A stretch of DNA of 64,000 nt from Octopus sinensis. Its lineage: Eukaryota. The notes under the pieces were generated by a model, which saw nothing but the letters and a program-made list of their open reading frames with translations, did no database searches and was not told the origin of the DNA. Shown here piece by piece: positions 12,070-26,065 of this stretch. Every line of letters begins with the position of its first letter. Position 1 is the stretch's first letter. The stretch covers positions 132,432,001-132,496,000 of the forward strand of contig NC_043001.1 of assembly GCF_006345805.1 (NCBI RefSeq), given 5' to 3'. The translations under genes and the position numbers were made by a program.

Positions 12070-13358
12070 AAGCCACTGCCATGCTTAAGAGCATTTTGTC
12101 TCTCCTTACATTCTAGGGTTGATAAATAAGAATAAGTTGAGCACTGGTGTCAATGTAATCGACTTAGTCTCTCCACTGAAATTGCTGGCTTTGTGACAAA
12201 ATTTGAAACCATTATTGCTATTGTTGCTGTGAGAGGAATGATGATAATATTTTAGAATACAGATACTTCCTCTCTGAAATTTACTTTATTGTGATTTAGA
12301 AAACAGGTTCTAAAGTGTTGTTGTTTTTTATGGGGAGGTTGGCGTCCGTTGTTGAAATGTTAAGTTGGACCTATTTAATTTCTGAATAAACATTTTTTGA
12401 ATGTAAGTTACCCACTGAGTATCATACAGTATCAATATATTCAATGCATAAGCAAAAATACATCAATATAGTCTCACATACAGATCTACCTTAACCCTTT
12501 CGTTCTGATGTTTGCATAATCAGTTTTTTATTTTATTTTTTCACATTTTCCACTTCTTTAGACCTTCATTATCTACCATAATTAAAATCTAAACTTTTTT
12601 TTTATATCATTACATAAATGTTGAACAATGAAATGACTTCTCAATACTGCATTAGTGGATATATAATTTCTTTATTTGTGAATTAATGCTACCCAAACAT
12701 ATTAATGAATGAATATACTAAAATTTGAACCCCTCACTATTAGACAATAATTCAAATCCTTATACATCCTACAGGCATTTTATTCTAAGCCCCATGCACT
12801 TTCACATCAATTTTGATTTGAGAGCATCCAACTGTTGGATCAACTGAATAACCCACTCACTGAGCTATTATGCAAATTAGCTTGGTATTCTATATGCAGA
12901 TGCACCCTTAACACAGTTCTGAGGTAGAAAGAACATGACACAAATGTGGCTAGGTTGAATTTTTTAATTACAAGTAGAGTCCAGCCAGTTGTCTTTTATA
13001 CACTCTCCCTATACCAACATTTATTCAAAAGGCTTTGGTCAACCCAAACATTTGGTAATTGCACTTGCCTTAGATGCCACACAATGGGATTGAACCCAGG
13101 TCCTCACAGTTGTGTAGCAAATTTCTTGACCGTTCAGTCATGCTACCATCCATTATTGTAATTAATGTATAGATATAATATATACGCTGCAATAGAAAGT
13201 TCGTTAGTTTCATACAATCCAATAGAAAAACAAAGCACTTTACGATTTCTAAGAAATGCATGCTGATATTTATTGTTAATGAACATAAGCTCTACTCTTA
13301 ATTATTTTGATGTTGCTGACATTGCCATGGATACCAAGGCAAGTGAAAACATAAATAC

Positions 13359-13386
13359 CTCATCAAAATGACTTCAGTGTAATGGC
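13359..13386 (-). CDS. Candidate 28-nt exon (xHYTEVILM)
   Basis: ataaccatttcag|GCCATTACACTGAAGTCATTTTGATGAG|gtattt; only one frame is open, and it joins 10462-10471 in frame. Confidence 0.3.
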
Positions 13387-13598
13387 CTGAAATGGTTATA
13401 AATAGACAAGAATGTAACAGCATCTTCTTATTTATTTAAATAATAATTTCTTAGTTAAGTTTCTGGGAATTAAAGTCGAAGATAACAACTGTAAATCAAA
13501 TCCACACTATGAATTCATCTCACTGGAAACTTTTTGCCCTGTGCTTTATGATGCTCATCATTATAAGTAATAATAATAATCATATTATTATTACTTAT

Positions 13599-13773
13599 AG
13601 ACGCAGGAGTGGCTAAGTAGCTTGCTAACCAACCACATGGTTCCGGGTTCAGTCCCACTGCATGGCACCTTGGGCAATTGTCTTCTGCTATAGCCCTGGA
13701 CCGACCAATGCCTTGTGAGTGGATTTGGTAGACGGAAACTGAAAGAAGCCCGTCGTATATATGTATGTATATA

Positions 13774-13804
<31 letters not shown>

Positions 13805-14017
13805 TTGTGTGTCTGTGTTTGTTCCCCTAGCATTGCTTGACAACCGATGCTGGTGTGTTTACGTCCCCGTCACTTAGCGGTTCAGCAAAAGAGACCGATA
13901 GAATAAGTACTGGGCTTACAAAGAATAAGTCCCGGGGTCGATTTGCTCAACTAAAGGCGGTGCTCCAGCATGGCTACAGTCAAATGACTGAAACAAGTAA
14001 AAGAGAGTAAAGAGAGT
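13599..14017 (+). mobile_element. SINE A (near full length)
   Basis: High identity to 1799-2210. Confidence 0.9.
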
Positions 14018-15602
14018 ATATTAACATTTAGAGATGTCTTAATCCTAATTAAATTGTCATAATACCTTATGTGCCATAGTGCTTGTTTCAGAAGTATAAC
14101 AGTATCTTTTTCACTACAGAATAGCAATTCTAAAGCACAAAAATAATCAAGGTGTGAAGGAGCCTTATCATTGCAATGTCCATTTTTGATGTTAAGACAA
14201 TTAGATAACATGGGAAGAAGTTGGGAAATCAGATTACAAGATGCTGGCCTTTTCAGATGAGAAAGTCAAGATAATTGGAAATGCATCTTATATCAAACCT
14301 GTCTAACCATGCTAGCATGGAAAATAGATATTGAAATATTGATGATGATGACAATGATAATTACGATATTGATGTTAAAATTACTAAGTTTCCAAATTCT
14401 GAAATTCTTGCTATAAAAAAATTGGATTTGAGATATTGCTGTTTGCAATATTTAGCTGTTCTAAGGCAACGAGCTGCCAGAATTGTAAGCCTTTTTGGGG
14501 AAAATGTTTAGCAGCGTTTTGTACATCTTTACATTCTGAGTTCAAATTCTGCTGAGGTCGATGTTATCTTTCATCCTTTCAGAACGGATAAAGAGGTATC
14601 AGCTGAGCACTAGAGTTGATGTAATCAACCTATCACTTCCCTCAAAGTTGCTGGCCTTGAGCCAAAATTGGAAACCAATATTTAGCTGTTGTAGTAACTG
14701 CCATAGAATAAGAAATAAGGTACCAGAATGTCTGTGGCTTAGTTTTAATTCCCAACTGGAATAGTTTTACTTCACTTGAAAAAGTCATTAAGATTGAGCA
14801 ATCTTAATTTCCATCTCTTCTAAATTTGAGTTTTAATCCTCACCAGAAGAAAAATTGATTCAAATCAATTCTTTTTCTTGTGTTGAGGCATCTAATTTCA
14901 TATAGTAAAACCACTAAATTGCTTGTCAACTTTCAGTTAGGGTAAGGTTTCAGTACCACCAAGCTGTTCTCTTTTCTTATTCACTCCACTGTTGGATGAA
15001 TATAACATAGTCCAGTGTTTTGTGCTCACTTCTCATAATCTTCAGAGTCACAGAATCCCTTTCAAAGACATCATGCAGTACATCTAGGGTAGGGGTGGCC
15101 AAAGTTGCTTAATGTAAGAGCTACATTTGATGAAGTTCAGATGTTTGAAAGCCACCAAACATGAACAAAATTTACACTATGCTTTTGTTACATACACATT
15201 TTGTTACAAAAATTCTATATAAGAAATGCATGTATGCAATAGTATTTATTCATGTAAGCAGTTTTTTAAACTGTTAATTTGTATTGGTTTCAGTAATCAC
15301 AAAATACACATATATATACCATATGTTTTCAAAATCTTGACTGATGATTGTTTTAACTATATTGAGCATATTTAATACAGTAATGAACTATGGAAACTTC
15401 TAAGAAAAATGTGCAAATTTGCATATTAGTAACATAAAATTAAAGTACCAAAAATAACACTAAAAAGGGAAAAATATATATAGATTTTTAATGATATTTA
15501 CTTGCTTTAATAAATATCTGGTCAAAACCTGGAGGAAAATATGTAAAAAAAAAAAAAAAAAAAAGCAAACCAATAAAATTTTAGATATTTTAATCAGATA
15601 CC

Positions 15603-15834
15603 TATTTCTTTATTACCCACAAGGGGCTAAACACAGAGGGAGACAAACAAGGACAGACATAGGTATTAAGTCGATTACATCGACCCCAGTGCGTAACTGG
15701 TACTTAATTTATCGACCCCAAAAGGATGAAAGGCAAAGTCGACCTCGGCGGAATTTGAACTCACAACGTAATGACAGACGAAATACGGCTACGCATTTCG
15801 CCCGGCGTGCTAACGTTTCTGCCAGCTCGCCGCC
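15603..15834 (-). mobile_element. SINE B, full length, inside the hAT 3' region
   Basis: 15-bp TSD TTTTAATCAGATACC at 15588-15602 and 15835-15849. Confidence 0.93.
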
Positions 15835-15871
15835 TTTTAATCAGATACCACCTTACAAAATTACAGTTTTA

Positions 15872-17545
15872 TCATAATGAAATTGAGATGAGTTGCACAC
15901 TAGCTTTCTTCAATTTAGGATATTTTATTTCAGGAACTTGTTTCCAGAACTCAATTGTAGACTGGGATTTATGGTTCATCTTTAGACCCAAGTCCTCCTG
16001 TAATTCCATTACTTCCATTTCCACAGCAAATGATTCTTTAACAAGAGGTTCGAGAATTGGACATCCACCATCAACCACAACAACAATAAATGGATTTACA
16101 AGAAAGGGAAAGCAAGACTTCAGCTTCCACAAGTCATCAAACCTGGCTAGGAAATTACCAAGTAGTCCTTGTAATGTATCTTTGTATTCTTCCAGTTTGT
16201 GGTCTTCTATTTCAATATCTGGGAATGTATTTACTCTCCTGCTGAGATTAGGAAAGTGACTGAAGTTTCTTGACAAAATGTCTCTTTGAAAAACTCTTTT
16301 ATTCTGAAAGCTGAAAATTGTCTGAGTATGACCAGAAACAGTCTTATTCTTCCCCTGGGGTGCCAAGTTAAGAGTTTGTAGATGATTCATTATATCAGTA
16401 AGGAACATCAGATCTTGCATCCATTCATCATTTTCCAGTTGAGGATAGGGCCTTTTCTTTTCTTTAAGAAAAGTAATAATAGGTTCCAACAGATTAACAA
16501 ACCTACTCAAGACATTGATGGTTGACAACCACCTCACAATACAGTAGAAAAGGGACATCACTGGGTTTATTTTCAAGCTCCAGCTCTTCAATAAAACTTC
16601 TGAACTGTTGGTGTGTCTTCTCATTTAAGCATATGAAATTGACAATTTCAAGGGCGGATTTCATAACCTCTTCATACTTGAAGTATCTGGCTGTCAGGTG
16701 TTCATGATGAATAATGTAATGAACAGAGAGAAACTCTGGAAATCTGGGATAATTTTTCATAAGTGCAATTAATCCTACATTTTCCCGACCATTTCAGGTG
16801 CTCCATCTGTTGCAACACTGACGAGTTTATTCAGTGGAACATCAGCATTTGTCAAGGCTCTGCTAAGTACATTTTAATGTCAACACCACGAACTGTTTCT
16901 TTTAATGCCACTAAGTCCAACATCTCTTCTTTCACAGTTACATCAGAAGAAACATAAGTTGTGGGTTGTCTTATATGTCCGTTGATTCATCAAGAGTTAA
17001 GCTGAATGCAAGAGAATTTTTAAAATCATTTGGCATTGTGCCTGCAACATCAGCACAGATCTGAGAGATGCACTTCTCTGTAGTGTGGCATGAAACTGGT
17101 GTTTGTGCTATTAGTTGCTGGAGTCTTGTGTTATTTGGATCTAACACTGCAACAACTTCAGCCCTTATTCTTCTTAACAAATTCACCCTCAGAATATGGG
17201 CATTTAGCACGAGTAATATTCCATGACATAACAAAACTGGCATCAGTCATTGCATCAACTCCATTACTGAATGCTGTCAACAGAGTCCGCTGGCTATTTA
17301 GTGATGATTTTAACACAGTTAACCTGTTTTACCTTGATTCTGATTTAGGTGGATAATCACATGAGAAGTTTTTGTGATTTGTTTCATAATTGTGTTTCAT
17401 GTTACTGGCTTTGTAATGACTGAGTGACACATGGCAGATAAGGCACAAAGGTTTACCTCCTTTAACGGTGAGTGCAACATCTTCCTCCCACTCTGGCTAA
17501 AAGTTTCTGCTTTCATCTCCTTATTTTTGTTCTTACAATTTGAGG
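15872..17545 (-). pseudogene. hAT transposase pseudogene (GTF2IRD2/SPIN-like family)
   Basis: Frameshifted pieces: BED-like CLICHVSLSHYKASNMKH, FSLTLDESTDI, ATDGAP, HYIIHHEHL, WLS, FLTDIMNHLQTLNL; several stops and frameshifts. Confidence 0.9.
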
Positions 17546-18205
17546 AGGTTATCTTCCTTCACAAATTTTTCACAGACACTTTTAAACAAAACTTGTATTC
17601 AAAGTGTACGAACTAGGTCTGCACAGTTCAACGTCTTGTGTTACACTGCATTAATGTACATGACATTGGTGCAGTTGGGTGTAGACTCATTAAGCCACCT
17701 GTGACCACTCTCACTCCACTGGTGCACCGAAACCTTTAATCCCCTAACCCATGACCTCACTCTTCTGACATTCCTCTGTAATCCTTGCTGACCAAAAAAT
17801 TCTTTAATCCCCCTGCCTCCACCCATTCCTTCCCTCAGCACTAAAGAACAATGCCTCACTTTGATCTAGCATTAAAATTAGGATTTAAATTCTTAAATAT
17901 TTTTAGTAACCATGACAATTAAACTTACATTTTAATCCAGTAGGCTTTCAATTCATACCCAGGAAATAATTATAAAAATTGAAATTTTTCTTATTTGCTT
18001 TTTATATTAACTGTGATGAAAAAAGGAGCTCAGCCAACATATTTCCACAAGTCTCATATCAAAGGTCAAAGAGCCGTATGTGGCATGCAAGCCGTGGTTT
18101 GGCCACCCCTGATCTAGAGTAAGTTAATTTGAAGGTGACTATATCCATTTTCAATCTATACATGCAAGTAAAACTAAAAAAAGACTTTCCTACCTAATGA
18201 AAATT

Positions 18206-18426
18206 TTAACCCTTTAGCATTCAGATTGCATTATTGAATGTAATGCTTATTTATTCACATTGTTTTGAATTAATCATGCATTATTTCATGTGACACTGTG
18301 ACAGTTTTTGTTTTTTTTTTAATAGCCTTGCAGGATAGGTGTGAGAGGCTGGATCCAGCTGGTTTCAAAATACAATGGGTAGAATATTTTGGCCAGATAT
18401 TGCCAGTTTAAATGCTAAAGATTTAA
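18206..18426. mobile_element. piggyBac-type MITE G
   Basis: TTAACCCTTTAGCATT start; degenerate right TIR GCTAAAGATTTAA. Confidence 0.75.
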
Positions 18427-18487
18427 TCAAAATTACAGTCCTAGATATAAATGGGATGCAATATCAGTAACAGTTTATGATCTGCTA

Positions 18488-18875
18488 GTGGAGGTGCAAT
18501 GGCCCAGTGGTTAGGGCAGCGGACTCGCGGTCATAGGATCGCGGTTTCGATTCCCAGACCGGGCGTTGTGAGTGTTTATTGAGCGAAAACACCTAAAGCT
18601 CCATGAGGCTCCAGCAGGGGACGGTGGTGATCCCTGCTGTACTCTTTCACCACAACTTTCTCTCACTCTTACTTCCTGTTTCTGTTGTACCTGTATTTCA
18701 AAGGGCCGGCCTTGTCACTCTCTGTGTCACGCTGAATATCCCCGAGAACTACGTTAAGGGTACACGTGTCTGTGGAGGGCTCAGCCACTTACACGTTAAT
18801 TTCGCGAGCAGACTGTTCCGTTGATTCGGATCAACCGGAACCCTCATCGTCGTAACTGACGGAGTGCTTCCATCC
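18488..18875 (+). mobile_element. tRNA-headed SINE, family C (full length)
   Basis: Head TGGCCCAGTGGTTAGGGCAGCGGACTCGCGG...GGTTTCGATTCC; 11-bp TSD ATGATCTGCTA (18477-18487, 18876-18886). Confidence 0.92.
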
Positions 18876-20329
18876 ATGATCTGCTAACCTCTTAAATGGT
18901 TGTTTCTTACTTTATGGGTTTCATTATTTATACTCTCAAAGATGGAATTCTAACTTATAACTGCTAAGTTGGGAAACTAACAACTTATTCTATCAGTAAT
19001 TATGATCATATTCAACCATGTAAATAAAATATAATGCAAATAGCATCTAAGCACAAGCTGAAGCTCCTGTATTATCATAATGACAAATCTTTGACATAGA
19101 AAAATTTCAAAAGAAATATGGGAAAAATCAGATAACTCTTTCAACAAATAAACAAATTATTCCCACAGCAAAACAATAGAACAATGAACGATGCACAAAC
19201 ATAAATACATTCACTTAGTGACAACAATTAGATGGGTTTTTTCATTAGGCTTTCATACAATCCTGTTTCTATTCAATGATATTGTTTAGTTGCTACAGCA
19301 GTTCTTTGTCAACATATATAGTAATACATTTTTGCCAAATAAGACTCTAGCATATAAAAACCATTAAAACTTATCAATAAACTATTGATAAGTTATGAGA
19401 ATATCTGATAAACATGTGAACTATCAATCTTCAATTAAAATTATTATCTAGTTATTCATCAAATTTGCCCAATAGATAGTTTTAAGTTAACATAACAAAG
19501 CCTCTAAAAGAATAGATTAAAAGAAAATAATTCCTTGATTAAAAGCTATATATTGTTAGAATATTTTAAGCCCCCTCAATGACTAACGCTTATATTTTGT
19601 ATTCTTTTTTCTTGTGTTCTATTCCTATCGTAAGCATGAAGGGGAAACAAAGCATAAATATGCTGTCATTCTATCTGAGAGCAAGGGTCTGCCTAAGGAA
19701 GATACAAATGATATGCATGGAATATAATATCCAAATATCATTCAGGTGTAACATTACACTTTTCAAGCAGAATTCATTCAAAACGGATGTGTAAGATGAT
19801 GACTGCGGAAAGACCATAAGAAGAATAACATCAAAGATCTCCAATCAGAGTATACAGAGATGTCAATAAGAACACAACATACATAGGATCAAAATCAAAA
19901 CGACATGCCACTATGACATCTGGCAGTGAAAACAAAAACAAAAAACATGATTGAAACAAAGGTAAATTCAAAAAGGTACTACATATGGTGTTAACTGAGA
20001 GTTAATCTATAATATCAGTGAAGGTTTCTAAACACTATTGCTATCTGCAAGAATGCACACCCGGAAAGCCTCTGGGACCAGCTGAGTTTAATTACCTATC
20101 TCTCTTCATTTATTATCTAATTAAATTGAGTCATTTATTTTATTCTACATAATCAACTTATGAACTCTATCAAGCTACAGTGCAATGTATGTACCACATG
20201 AATGACAACAAAAATGTTCCTTTTTCTCCTAGTCTATAACAGAAACAAGTTTAAATATCTCTAAAAAATATTTGACAATATTTTGTCTTCTGGAAATGTA
20301 TAACGGTCATTAACAGGTTAAAATCATGT

Positions 20330-20558
20330 TTAACACTAAAGTGTTTGCATTATTCTGCCAAAATTAATGATTCTTCATCCACTTTGTTTTGAACTAATCA
20401 TGCATTATCTTGTAGCTATGAGATTTTGAAGAGGTAACTGTTAATTTTTAAAACGATATTGTAGGGTTGGTGTGAGAGACCAGATCTGGCCAGTTTGAAC
20501 ATAAAACAGGCAGAATACGTTTGGCCGGATATGGCCAGTTTAAATGCTAAAGGGTTAA
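20330..20558. mobile_element. piggyBac-type MITE G
   Basis: Ends GCTAAAGGG-TTAA; body matches 3791-4020. Confidence 0.8.
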
Positions 20559-21062
20559 AATAAAGGTTATGTAATGTAGACACTATTAAAATGTAGCAAT
20601 TAAAACTCATTCTAGAAAAGCACATGAAATTCACTCTAATGAATCTGAAACACTTTTACAGTTTAAATGATTCCACTACAATAAATGAAATAATTAACTT
20701 GCTCTGAGTTTAATAGTAATCAATTGAAATAACATCGTTTCTAAATAAATTAGGACAATTTAATCTTAAACTGTTTTTATTAAAACATTACTGTCTTCTC
20801 TGCATAAGAAGTTCCAGGTTCATTTGATGCAGTACATTTGGGGAGAGTTTCTAACAATTTCATTATTACTAACATTGAAATATATAATACTCAGCAGAAT
20901 CATAAAGGCCTCATAAATGCCTTGCAGGAAATTTTGTGGCAATTTATAATTTGAGTTCAAATCCTGTTGAGGTCAGCTTTGCTTAACATTTTTGTTAGTC
21001 ATTGGAATGAAATATCATTTAAGTACTGGGGTTGTGCCCTCTTCTTAAAATTTTTGCATTGT

Positions 21063-21234
21063 AGGCGCAGGAGTGGCTGTGTGGTAAGTAGCTTGTCTAC
21101 CAACTGCATGGTTCCGGGTTCAGTCCCACTGCATAACACCTTGGGTAAGTGTCTTCTACTATAGCCTTGGGCCGACCAAAGCCTTGTGAGTGGATTTGGT
21201 AGACGGAAACTGAAAGAAGCCCGTCGTATATATG

Positions 21235-21300
<66 letters not shown>

Positions 21301-21525
21301 TGTGTGTGTTTGTGTGTCTGTGTTAGTCCCCTAGCATTGCTTGACAACCGATGCTGGTGTGTTTATGTCCCCGTCACTTAGCGGTTCGGCAAAAGATATC
21401 GATAGAATAAGTACTGGGCTTACAAAAGAATAAGTCTCGGGGTCGAGTTGCTCAATTAAAGGCGGTGCTCCAGCATGGCCACAGTCAAATGACTGAAACA
21501 AGTAAAAGAGTAAAAGAGAGAGAGT
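21063..21525 (+). mobile_element. SINE A (full length)
   Basis: A head, (AT)n tract, tail. Confidence 0.9.
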
Positions 21526-21529
21526 ACCT

Positions 21530-22100
21530 AAATCAGAAATGATTACTATTCATCCTTTCAGTGTCAATGAAGAGAGTACCATTCAAGTACTGGGGTTGAT
21601 ACAACTTACTAATCTTCTCTTTAACATATCTATGATCTTGTGTCTATATTAGAAACTATTACTATTATTCTGAAAGGCAGCATTAAGGCAGTGAACTGGC
21701 AGAATCATTAGCATGCCTGGAAAAATGCTTAGTGGCATTTCATCCATCTTTAAGTCCGGAGTTCAAATTTTACTGACATCAACTATGCCTTTCATCCTTT
21801 CGGGGTCAATAAAATAAGTACCAGTTGAACACTGGGGTCGACATACTCCTCCCCTGATATTGCTGGCCTTGTACCAAAATTTGAAATCATTATTTTGAAA
21901 GGTAGTAAGCTGTCAGAATTGTTAGCGCTTCAGAAAAAGTACTTTGCAACATTTGTTCCAGCTCTTTTTTTTCCAAGTTCAAACCTTGCCAAAGTTAAAT
22001 TTGCCTTTTATTGTTCTGGGACTGATGAAATAAAGTGCAAGTCAAGTGCTGGGGTGATAGTATTGATGAATCCCCTCCCCTCAAAATTGCTTATTTAAAT
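21530..22100 (+). mobile_element. Cluster of three degenerate B' SINEs
   Basis: Repeated GTTCAAA / CATCCTTTC / AAGTAC..CTGGGG motifs. Confidence 0.65.
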
Positions 22101-22208
22101 GTGGTGAGAGTTAAAATACTGCAAACCTACTCACAAGCTCCATGTGTATGAGCACACTCATAGTATAAAGGAGATACAGAGAAAATAATTTTGAGATATA
22201 CTCTTACT

Positions 22209-22615
22209 CTTTAGTCTCTCTCTTTTACTTGTTTCAGTCATTTGACTGCAGCCATGCTGGAGCACCGCCTTTAGTCGAACACATCGACCCCAGGACTTAT
22301 TCTTTGTAAGCCCAGTACTTATTCTATCAGATCTTTTGCCGAACCACTAAGTGACGGGGACGTAAACACACCAGCATTGGTTGTCAAGCAATGCTAGGGG
22401 GGACAAACTCAGACACACAAACACACACATACATATACATATACATATATACGACAGGCTTCTTTCAGTTTCTGTCTACCAAATCCACTCACAAGGCATT
22501 GGTCGACCCGGGGCTATAGCAGAAGACACTTGCCCAAGATGCCACACAGTGGAACTGAACCCGGAACCATGTGGTTGGTTAGCAAGCTACTTACCACACA
22601 GCCACTCCTGCGCCT
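22209..22615 (-). mobile_element. SINE A (full length)
   Basis: Reverse complement of the A consensus. Confidence 0.9.
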
Positions 22616-23503
22616 ATAAGTCACTTCTGTTAAACAAAAAATAATTTTTAGCCAAAATGAAGGCTTAAACAACTTAGCTCGTGTTTTCCGATACAAATTC
22701 TGTAAGCAACCAAATTTGCAGTGATTTTTATAGACATTTTACTACAATATAAAATGTTAATATTTATGGGTGGTTTTTTCTCAGACAACTTTGTCCAATG
22801 GTAATCATAAACTCCCATGAGACACTGCAACAAAATCATTAAATTGCAAGAATACTACAACTAGCACTCTTATTTTCCCAAAAGAAGGTAACTTTTATTT
22901 ATTTAGTATTTCTGTAAAGCAAATTAAGAGAATGGCTTTAAAATATTCATATGAGTATAATCAGCAAACATGTTGAATATGTAGAGCATTCATCAGCTGA
23001 ATCAGTGTGCTTCTAATAACTGATTGATTAGTTCAAGCCAAAAAATATTTGATATGTCAACAGATAAAACAAAAACGTGGGATACCACCAGTAAGGAAAT
23101 TTTCAGGGTTTTTATTTTTCAAAAATTTGAAATGATACAAAAAGGTTATGATAAAAGATGGTGTTTCTGTACTGTTAAGCAAAACATTTGACTCACCAAA
23201 ATAATATTTCAATAGATGACCACAACGCCCTTACTGTTATTAGTATAACACTTTTATTATTAAAAATGCTTTTTTAAAGATAAATGTCATAAAGATATCA
23301 GATAAAATACCTTGTAGTAATTTTTCTGGCATTTTATTTCTGAGTTCAAATCCTGTCGAGATTAACTTTGCCTAACATTTTTTCCCAAATTTATTAAAAT
23401 GAAGTGCCAGTGAAATAGTGGATGAGGACAACTATGAACAGAGTCAATAGATATTGCACACATATACCTATATATACATATGTTACTATTCACATAGCTT
23501 ACA

Positions 23504-23724
23504 TATGAGGGTCTGCTGAAAAGTTCCTGGCTTTGGATTAAAAGAAAATACAGGAGGATCAGTTAATTATGATTTTATTTAACATATTCCTCTCTCAGAG
23601 TCACACACTTATTGCAGCAGTCCTTCAACCATTCTAAGCCCTGTAAAATAATTCAGAAGTTTGAGTTTCCAGCCAGACCTTCACAATACCCTTAAAGCCA
23701 AGAACTTTCCAGTACTCCCTCGTA
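23504..23724. mobile_element. mariner-derived MITE
   Basis: TA-TGAGGG..CTGAAAAGTTCCTGGCTTT...AAAGCCAAGAACTTTCCAGTACTCCCTCG-TA; same family as 7913-8125. Confidence 0.82.
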
Positions 23725-24637
23725 TAAGACAGCAATTTGGCAAAGTTGTTAGAACATTGGATAGAATATGAAGCAGACTATTTGTCCTAATTCTTTATAT
23801 TGTGAATTCAAATCCCACCAAAGTCAGATTTGCCTTTTATCTTTTCCAGGCTGATAAAAAATAATCACTCCAGGACAACAGACTGATACTACTATTAAAA
23901 TGCTGGATGGGACAATGCCTCATGTTATCTTTTCTGGTGCTTGGCAATCTGACAGTAACTTACTGTGATAACACTAACACCAGGCTGTATACAGGTCATA
24001 AGATAGTGGCCTTCCCTGGAACAACTTTGGTTAGCATGGAGAGTGGAGACAGGAGTAGAATGATGCCTGAGAAACTTGAAGTCTTCCACAAAATCTTTGC
24101 CCAGGCCTGCTAAGGCATATTCAGATAACATGGTCAACCCTGACTGACATAAGCATTAGAACACTCATTCACACATATATAAACTGATTTAAGAGCCTCC
24201 TATCCTGCTCAAGCTAATCAGGGGTCTCTCTGCAGTTGATCACCTTGATAGAAATATTACCTAAATCAAATCTTACCTTCTCAAAAATGGAGGGCATTTT
24301 GGACAAAGTAGATATATTTTTTTACAAAAGATGTTATGGCTAGATCACTATGATTATATATCTGCTTGCTCAAGAATAATCTGTTCATTAATGCTCACAA
24401 CATTCAAGATTTTTAAATATAGTTTAGTAAGTCAAGTAAGAATGCAAACACAATTTTATCATATTGTTACAAGAGTTCTAATTGAGCATACTTATTTAAC
24501 TGCAGTATATTATTTTATTGACATTGAAAGAAATAATAGCTAAGTCAACTTGAAATCAGAATATTAAATGACAAAATTACCAATTCTATCACTCAACTTC
24601 CCTTAATAACAATAATAATGATTATAATAATAACAAT

Positions 24638-25167
24638 AGTGGCTCTCATGGCTTCTGATCTTAACTGATTGGAAGTGTTATCATGTACATTGTTTTGTCT
24701 TGGTATAAAAGATGGGCTACAGCAAATATTCTGCTTAATACCACAGATTTGCTTGTCAGTTGTTTGACCTTAACCAGTTGAGCATGTCCCTTAGTGGCTG
24801 ACGAAATGTTCTTCTCTGATCATGAGCAGAAATAGTGGGGCAGCATCATAGCTGTGTGTTGAAAGGAATTCTTAGAGGTTTGGATAATTCACCTTTGGAA
24901 CATGGGTGGTTCACTCAACATCCTTAATCCTTATTCAGGGACATTTTTCAGTGGGATGGGCTACTTGACCAGAAGAAAATTCTAACTGGGCTCCAACTGC
25001 AAGGTCATGCACTGTTTTTCTTGATATGACATCACCATGTCACACACATATGGTTGTGATGCATGTGCCTAGTGTATCCTTATCAGACGTGTAGTCATGA
25101 TGGATATACTGGGTTTTGTATATTTTACCCCAGTGTCACTTTGATGGCATGCACTGCTCTCTCACTC
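24638..25167 (+). mobile_element. Family F, (TAA)n-flanked non-coding repeat
   Basis: Matches 31851-32405; no tRNA boxes, TIRs or long ORF seen; AAT repeats on both sides. Confidence 0.85.
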
Positions 25168-25212
25168 TATAATAATAATAAAATAATTATAATAATAATA
25201 ATAAATAACAAA

Positions 25213-25754
25213 TGCCCTGATGCAGTACCAGGTGGTGACTCTCTTAACTGATTGGAAGTCTTATCATGTACATTGTTTTGTCTTGGTATGAAAGATGAGC
25301 TACAGCAAATATTCTGCTCAGTACCACAGATTTGCTTGTCAGTTGCTTGACCTTAACCAATTGAGCATGTCCCTTAGTGGTTGATGATATGTGCATCTCT
25401 GATCATGAGCAGAAGTAGTGGGGGAGCATCATAGCCATGTGTTGAGAGTTATTCTTTGGGGTTTGAATAGTTCACCTCTGGAAACATGGGTGGTTCTTTC
25501 AACATCCTTAAACAACCCTTATTCAGGGACCGTTTGAGTGGGATGGGTTACTCGTCCAGAAGAAAATTCTAACTGGGCCCCACCTGCAAGGTTATGTGCT
25601 GTTTATCTTGATATGAGATCACCATGTTGCACACATATGGTTGTGATGCATGTGCCTAGTGTACCCTTATCAGATGGGCAGTCATGATGGGTATACTGGG
25701 CTTCGTATATTTTACCCCAGTGTCACTTTGATGGCATGCACTGCTCTCTCACTC
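25213..25754 (+). mobile_element. Family F, second copy in tandem
   Basis: Starts TGCCCTGATGCAGTACCAGG, ends CTCTCTCACTCA then (ATA)n. Confidence 0.88.
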
Positions 25755-25786
<32 letters not shown>

Positions 25787-25968
25787 TAATAATAATAATA
25801 ATAACAATAATAATAATAATAATAATGATAATTTCTTTTATTGGCCACAAGAGCCAATACATGGAGGACAATATCGAAGGATGAATTACAGCACAAAAAA
25901 AAAATACAAAAAACAAAAACATGTGGGGTTAACATCAATCAAGGAGAGATACTATTAATACTACTAAA

Positions 25969-26005
<37 letters not shown>

Positions 26006-26017
26006 ATAATAATAATA

Positions 26018-26065
<48 letters not shown>

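Larger units (their letters stand above)
15090..18111 (-). mobile_element. Full-length inactive hAT transposon (Charlie/Buster/SPIN-like)
   Basis: TIRs TAGGGGTGGCCAAA (15090-15103) and TTTGGCCACCCCTG (18098-18111); 8-bp TSD ATCTAGGG/ATCTAGAG (15082-15089, 18112-18119) fitting NTCTAGAN; internal transposase remains. Confidence 0.92.

Noticed and set aside
18488-18565. tRNA gene calls for SINE heads (A, B, C, D)
   Set aside because: They have A and B boxes but I could not fold a complete cloverleaf, and they continue into SINE bodies with TSDs.
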